A DNA stretch of 1,254 bases from Naegleria gruberi (taxonomy: Eukaryota). Both the position numbers and the translations under genes were made by a program. Every line of letters starts with the position of its first letter. The first letter of the stretch is position 1. The stretch is from NCBI GenBank assembly GCA_000004985.1, contig GG739474.1, one strand, 5' to 3'. Of this stretch, positions 1 to 1,254 are shown piece after piece. The notes under the pieces were generated by a model. That model was not told where the DNA came from. It searched no databases and saw only the letters and a list, made by a program, of their open reading frames with translations.

Positions 1-2
1 AC

Positions 3-1151
3 TTCTTTGAACCTAATGTTGTTGAAGATGCTCTCTATCAATTAAAAACAATCATTTATTTGGTAATTAAGGATGCGTATGAAAGTAAATTTCCCTGCAA
101 AACTGAAGAGCTAGAATTTACTGAATCTGCTGAGCAATACTCTAGATATTATAGAGATGTTCCGCATTTAGATGTTCCTTGTTTTGATGATGATTTAGAT
201 TCAGAATTAAAGATTTCAGACAAGGATATTCTCAAATCTTTTGAAAAGCTATTCTCAAAGAAAGTATTTTACGGACCTATCCCAGATCCTTATTTAGTAA
301 GAACTCAACAAGAAGATATTAATCAGATATTCGATTCGTCTGGAAGTATTCAAACATATTTTCATAATTATCCAACCATTCCACAGCAAGTTGACTTTTT
401 TGAGCATATGAAGGCAATTGAATCGGGAATACCAAATAAGCCATCAAATTATGGGGGAAGGAAAATTGTCACTTTATCAGGGCCAACTAAGGTATATGAT
501 CAGAAGAGATATTCAGATAGTGATTCTGATAGAAACTCAGATGATACTGATTTAGACGAAGATGATAATGAAGATTTGGAATTTTCAGAAGAAGAATCAG
601 ATGAAGATACTAATGTAAAACCTAAAAAAGAACCAATTAGTGAGGACATGTTTATTGATGATTCGGAAAGTTTCAGTTTTGATTTGCAAAATCTTGGTGA
701 TACATTACCTGAACAATTAATGAAAGTTTCCATTCAGGTTCATGAAGAAGTTTATGGAATAGAGAAAGTCCATGATGAAAAGCTCTATTTGAAGAATTGG
801 TATGGAAATAGTTCATTCTTTTTTGTAAATTGTTCCACGAATTTAGAGAATCCTGAACAGAAGAACTCTGAAAAAGAAGACAATGCAGAAGAATTTAACA
901 GAACAGAGAAGGAGCAAATAGAGATGGACATGAAGGAAGATTTTGCATATTTTGGTTACGCTCTTTATGAAGACGATTTTAATGAGTTTCCAATACTGGA
1001 TAATGATGAAGACGATTCTTTGGAACAATTGGAACAAGCAACAGAGGAAATATCTCTCCATTATCACTTACGAAGATTATTAAGGGAGCGTTCTTATGAA
1101 TGCATTACAAATTACTTTCTGAAATTGTCAAAACCAACAAGTGCTGATTAA
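3..1151 (+). CDS. 3' portion (C-terminal 383 codons) of a gene encoding a highly acidic Ser/Asp/Glu-rich protein with a basic C-terminal tail. It is 5'-incomplete because the frame stays open to the window edge. Product unknown.
   Basis: Reading the frame by hand gives ttc ttt gaa cct aat gtt gtt gaa gat gct ctc tat caa tta aaa aca atc att tat TTG gta..., with no stop between nt 3 and the TAA at 1149-1151. An open frame this long is very unlikely by chance in sequence of about 31% GC. The TTG at 60 chosen by the ORF track has no plausible ribosome-binding site and sits inside continuous coding sequence. The first in-frame ATG is at 408-410 (Met117 in ORF-track numbering). Codon usage is biased (AGA Arg, GAA Glu, GAT Asp, TTA/TTG Leu). 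No GTATGT...TACTAAC intron signals were seen. Confidence 0.85.
   Translation, partial: FFEPNVVEDALYQLKTIIYLVIKDAYESKFPCKTEELEFTESAEQYSRYYRDVPHLDVPCFDDDLDSELKISDKDILKSFEKLFSKKVFYGPIPDPYLVRTQQEDINQIFDSSGSIQTYFHNYPTIPQQVDFFEHMKAIESGIPNKPSNYGGRKIVTLSGPTKVYDQKRYSDSDSDRNSDDTDLDEDDNEDLEFSEEESDEDTNVKPKKEPISEDMFIDDSESFSFDLQNLGDTLPEQLMKVSIQVHEEVYGIEKVHDEKLYLKNWYGNSSFFFVNCSTNLENPEQKNSEKEDNAEEFNRTEKEQIEMDMKEDFAYFGYALYEDDFNEFPILDNDEDDSLEQLEQATEEISLHYHLRRLLRERSYECITNYFLKLSKPTSAD
510..614 (+). other. Region within the CDS encoding an acidic, Ser-rich low-complexity segment (RYSDSDSDRNSDDTDLDEDDNEDLEFSEEESDEDTN) with clustered S/T-x-x-D/E motifs.
   Basis: Direct translation of ORF residues 151-185 shows SDSDSD and SEEESDED runs. 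These match the casein kinase 2 consensus S/T-x-x-D/E, which is established knowledge of that motif. Whether they are phosphorylated is inference. Confidence 0.6.
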
Positions 1152-1254
1152 ATCCACAAATATAGAGCGAGGAGACCATTCAGTAATCTTAATTTATTTT
1201 GTAAACCACTCCGCTTTGTTACTCCTCAAAAACTCCCTTCAAAGTCCGTAGAAA
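1152..1254 (+). promoter_or_regulatory. Probable 3' UTR and mRNA 3'-end formation region: an AAATATAG element (1158-1165), the T-rich stretch TAATTTATTTTGTAAA (1189-1206) and a pyrimidine-rich tract with three ACTCC repeats (1208-1236).
   Basis: The region lies immediately after the TAA stop. It is AT-rich and has no ORF of significant length. UAUAUA-like efficiency elements and A/T-rich positioning elements are established features of budding-yeast polyadenylation signals. Assigning them here is inference and depends on the yeast-like origin. Confidence 0.35.

Noticed and set aside
60-62. TTG at nt 60 as the translation start of the 363-aa ORF
   Set aside because: The frame is open upstream to the window edge and the preceding sequence (atcatttatt) has no ribosome-binding site. 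TTG initiation is a bacterial convention and this gene looks eukaryotic. The true start is upstream of the window.
500-733. Minus-strand 77-aa ORF (Ser/Leu-rich: ...SSSDSSSENSKSSLSSSSKSVSSEF...)
   Set aside because: It lies entirely antisense to the GAA/GAT/TCx-rich acidic tract of the main CDS. The reverse complement of Glu/Asp/Ser codons gives Ser/Leu/Phe runs and few stops, which is a classic shadow ORF. It has no independent start context or coding signal.
510-1040. GAA/GAT-rich codon repeats as a DNA-level tandem repeat or CRISPR-like array
   Set aside because: The repetition is at the amino-acid composition level (Asp/Glu/Ser codons) with no fixed-length DNA unit and no spacer/repeat periodicity. 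It is explained by low-complexity protein coding.
843-1067. Minus-strand 74-aa ORF (Phe/Leu/Ile-rich hydrophobic peptide)
   Set aside because: It is antisense to the second acidic segment of the main CDS. Its composition (F/L/I/K) is what the reverse complement of GAA/AAT/AAA-rich codons produces. It is embedded wholly within a well-supported sense ORF.
60-1151. Spliceosomal intron inside the ORF
   Set aside because: No GTATGT 5' splice site paired with a TACTAAC branch point was found. Near-matches (gtatga at 77-82, gtatat at 492-497, gtatgg at 801-806) lack downstream branch and acceptor signals, and the frame is continuous throughout.
1190-1254. Possible tRNA gene or Ty LTR fragment at the 3' end of the window on either strand
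   Set aside because: There is no GGTTCGANTCC-like T-arm and no plausible acceptor or anticodon stem pairing. There is also no resemblance to the delta or sigma LTR termini (TGTTG...CAACA). The sequence looks like ordinary pyrimidine-rich 3' flank.

Overview
The window is one long plus-strand coding region. Its reading frame is open from the left edge (codon phase begins at nt 3) to a TAA stop at 1149-1151, so it is the 3' part (at least 383 codons) of a gene whose real start lies upstream of the window. About 100 nt of AT-rich, pyrimidine-rich downstream sequence follows, most simply read as a 3' UTR. The composition (about 30-33% GC), codon preferences (AGA for Arg, TTA/TTG for Leu, GAA/GAT, TGG for Trp) and the long Ser/Asp/Glu-rich tracts fit an AT-rich eukaryote, most likely a budding yeast. 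A low-GC bacterial origin cannot be formally excluded. I do not recognise the protein. The window holds no RNA gene, CRISPR array, mobile element or multi-gene system. The findings below concern the truncated start, two acidic low-complexity segments, a basic C-terminal helix-like tail and candidate 3'-end signals.
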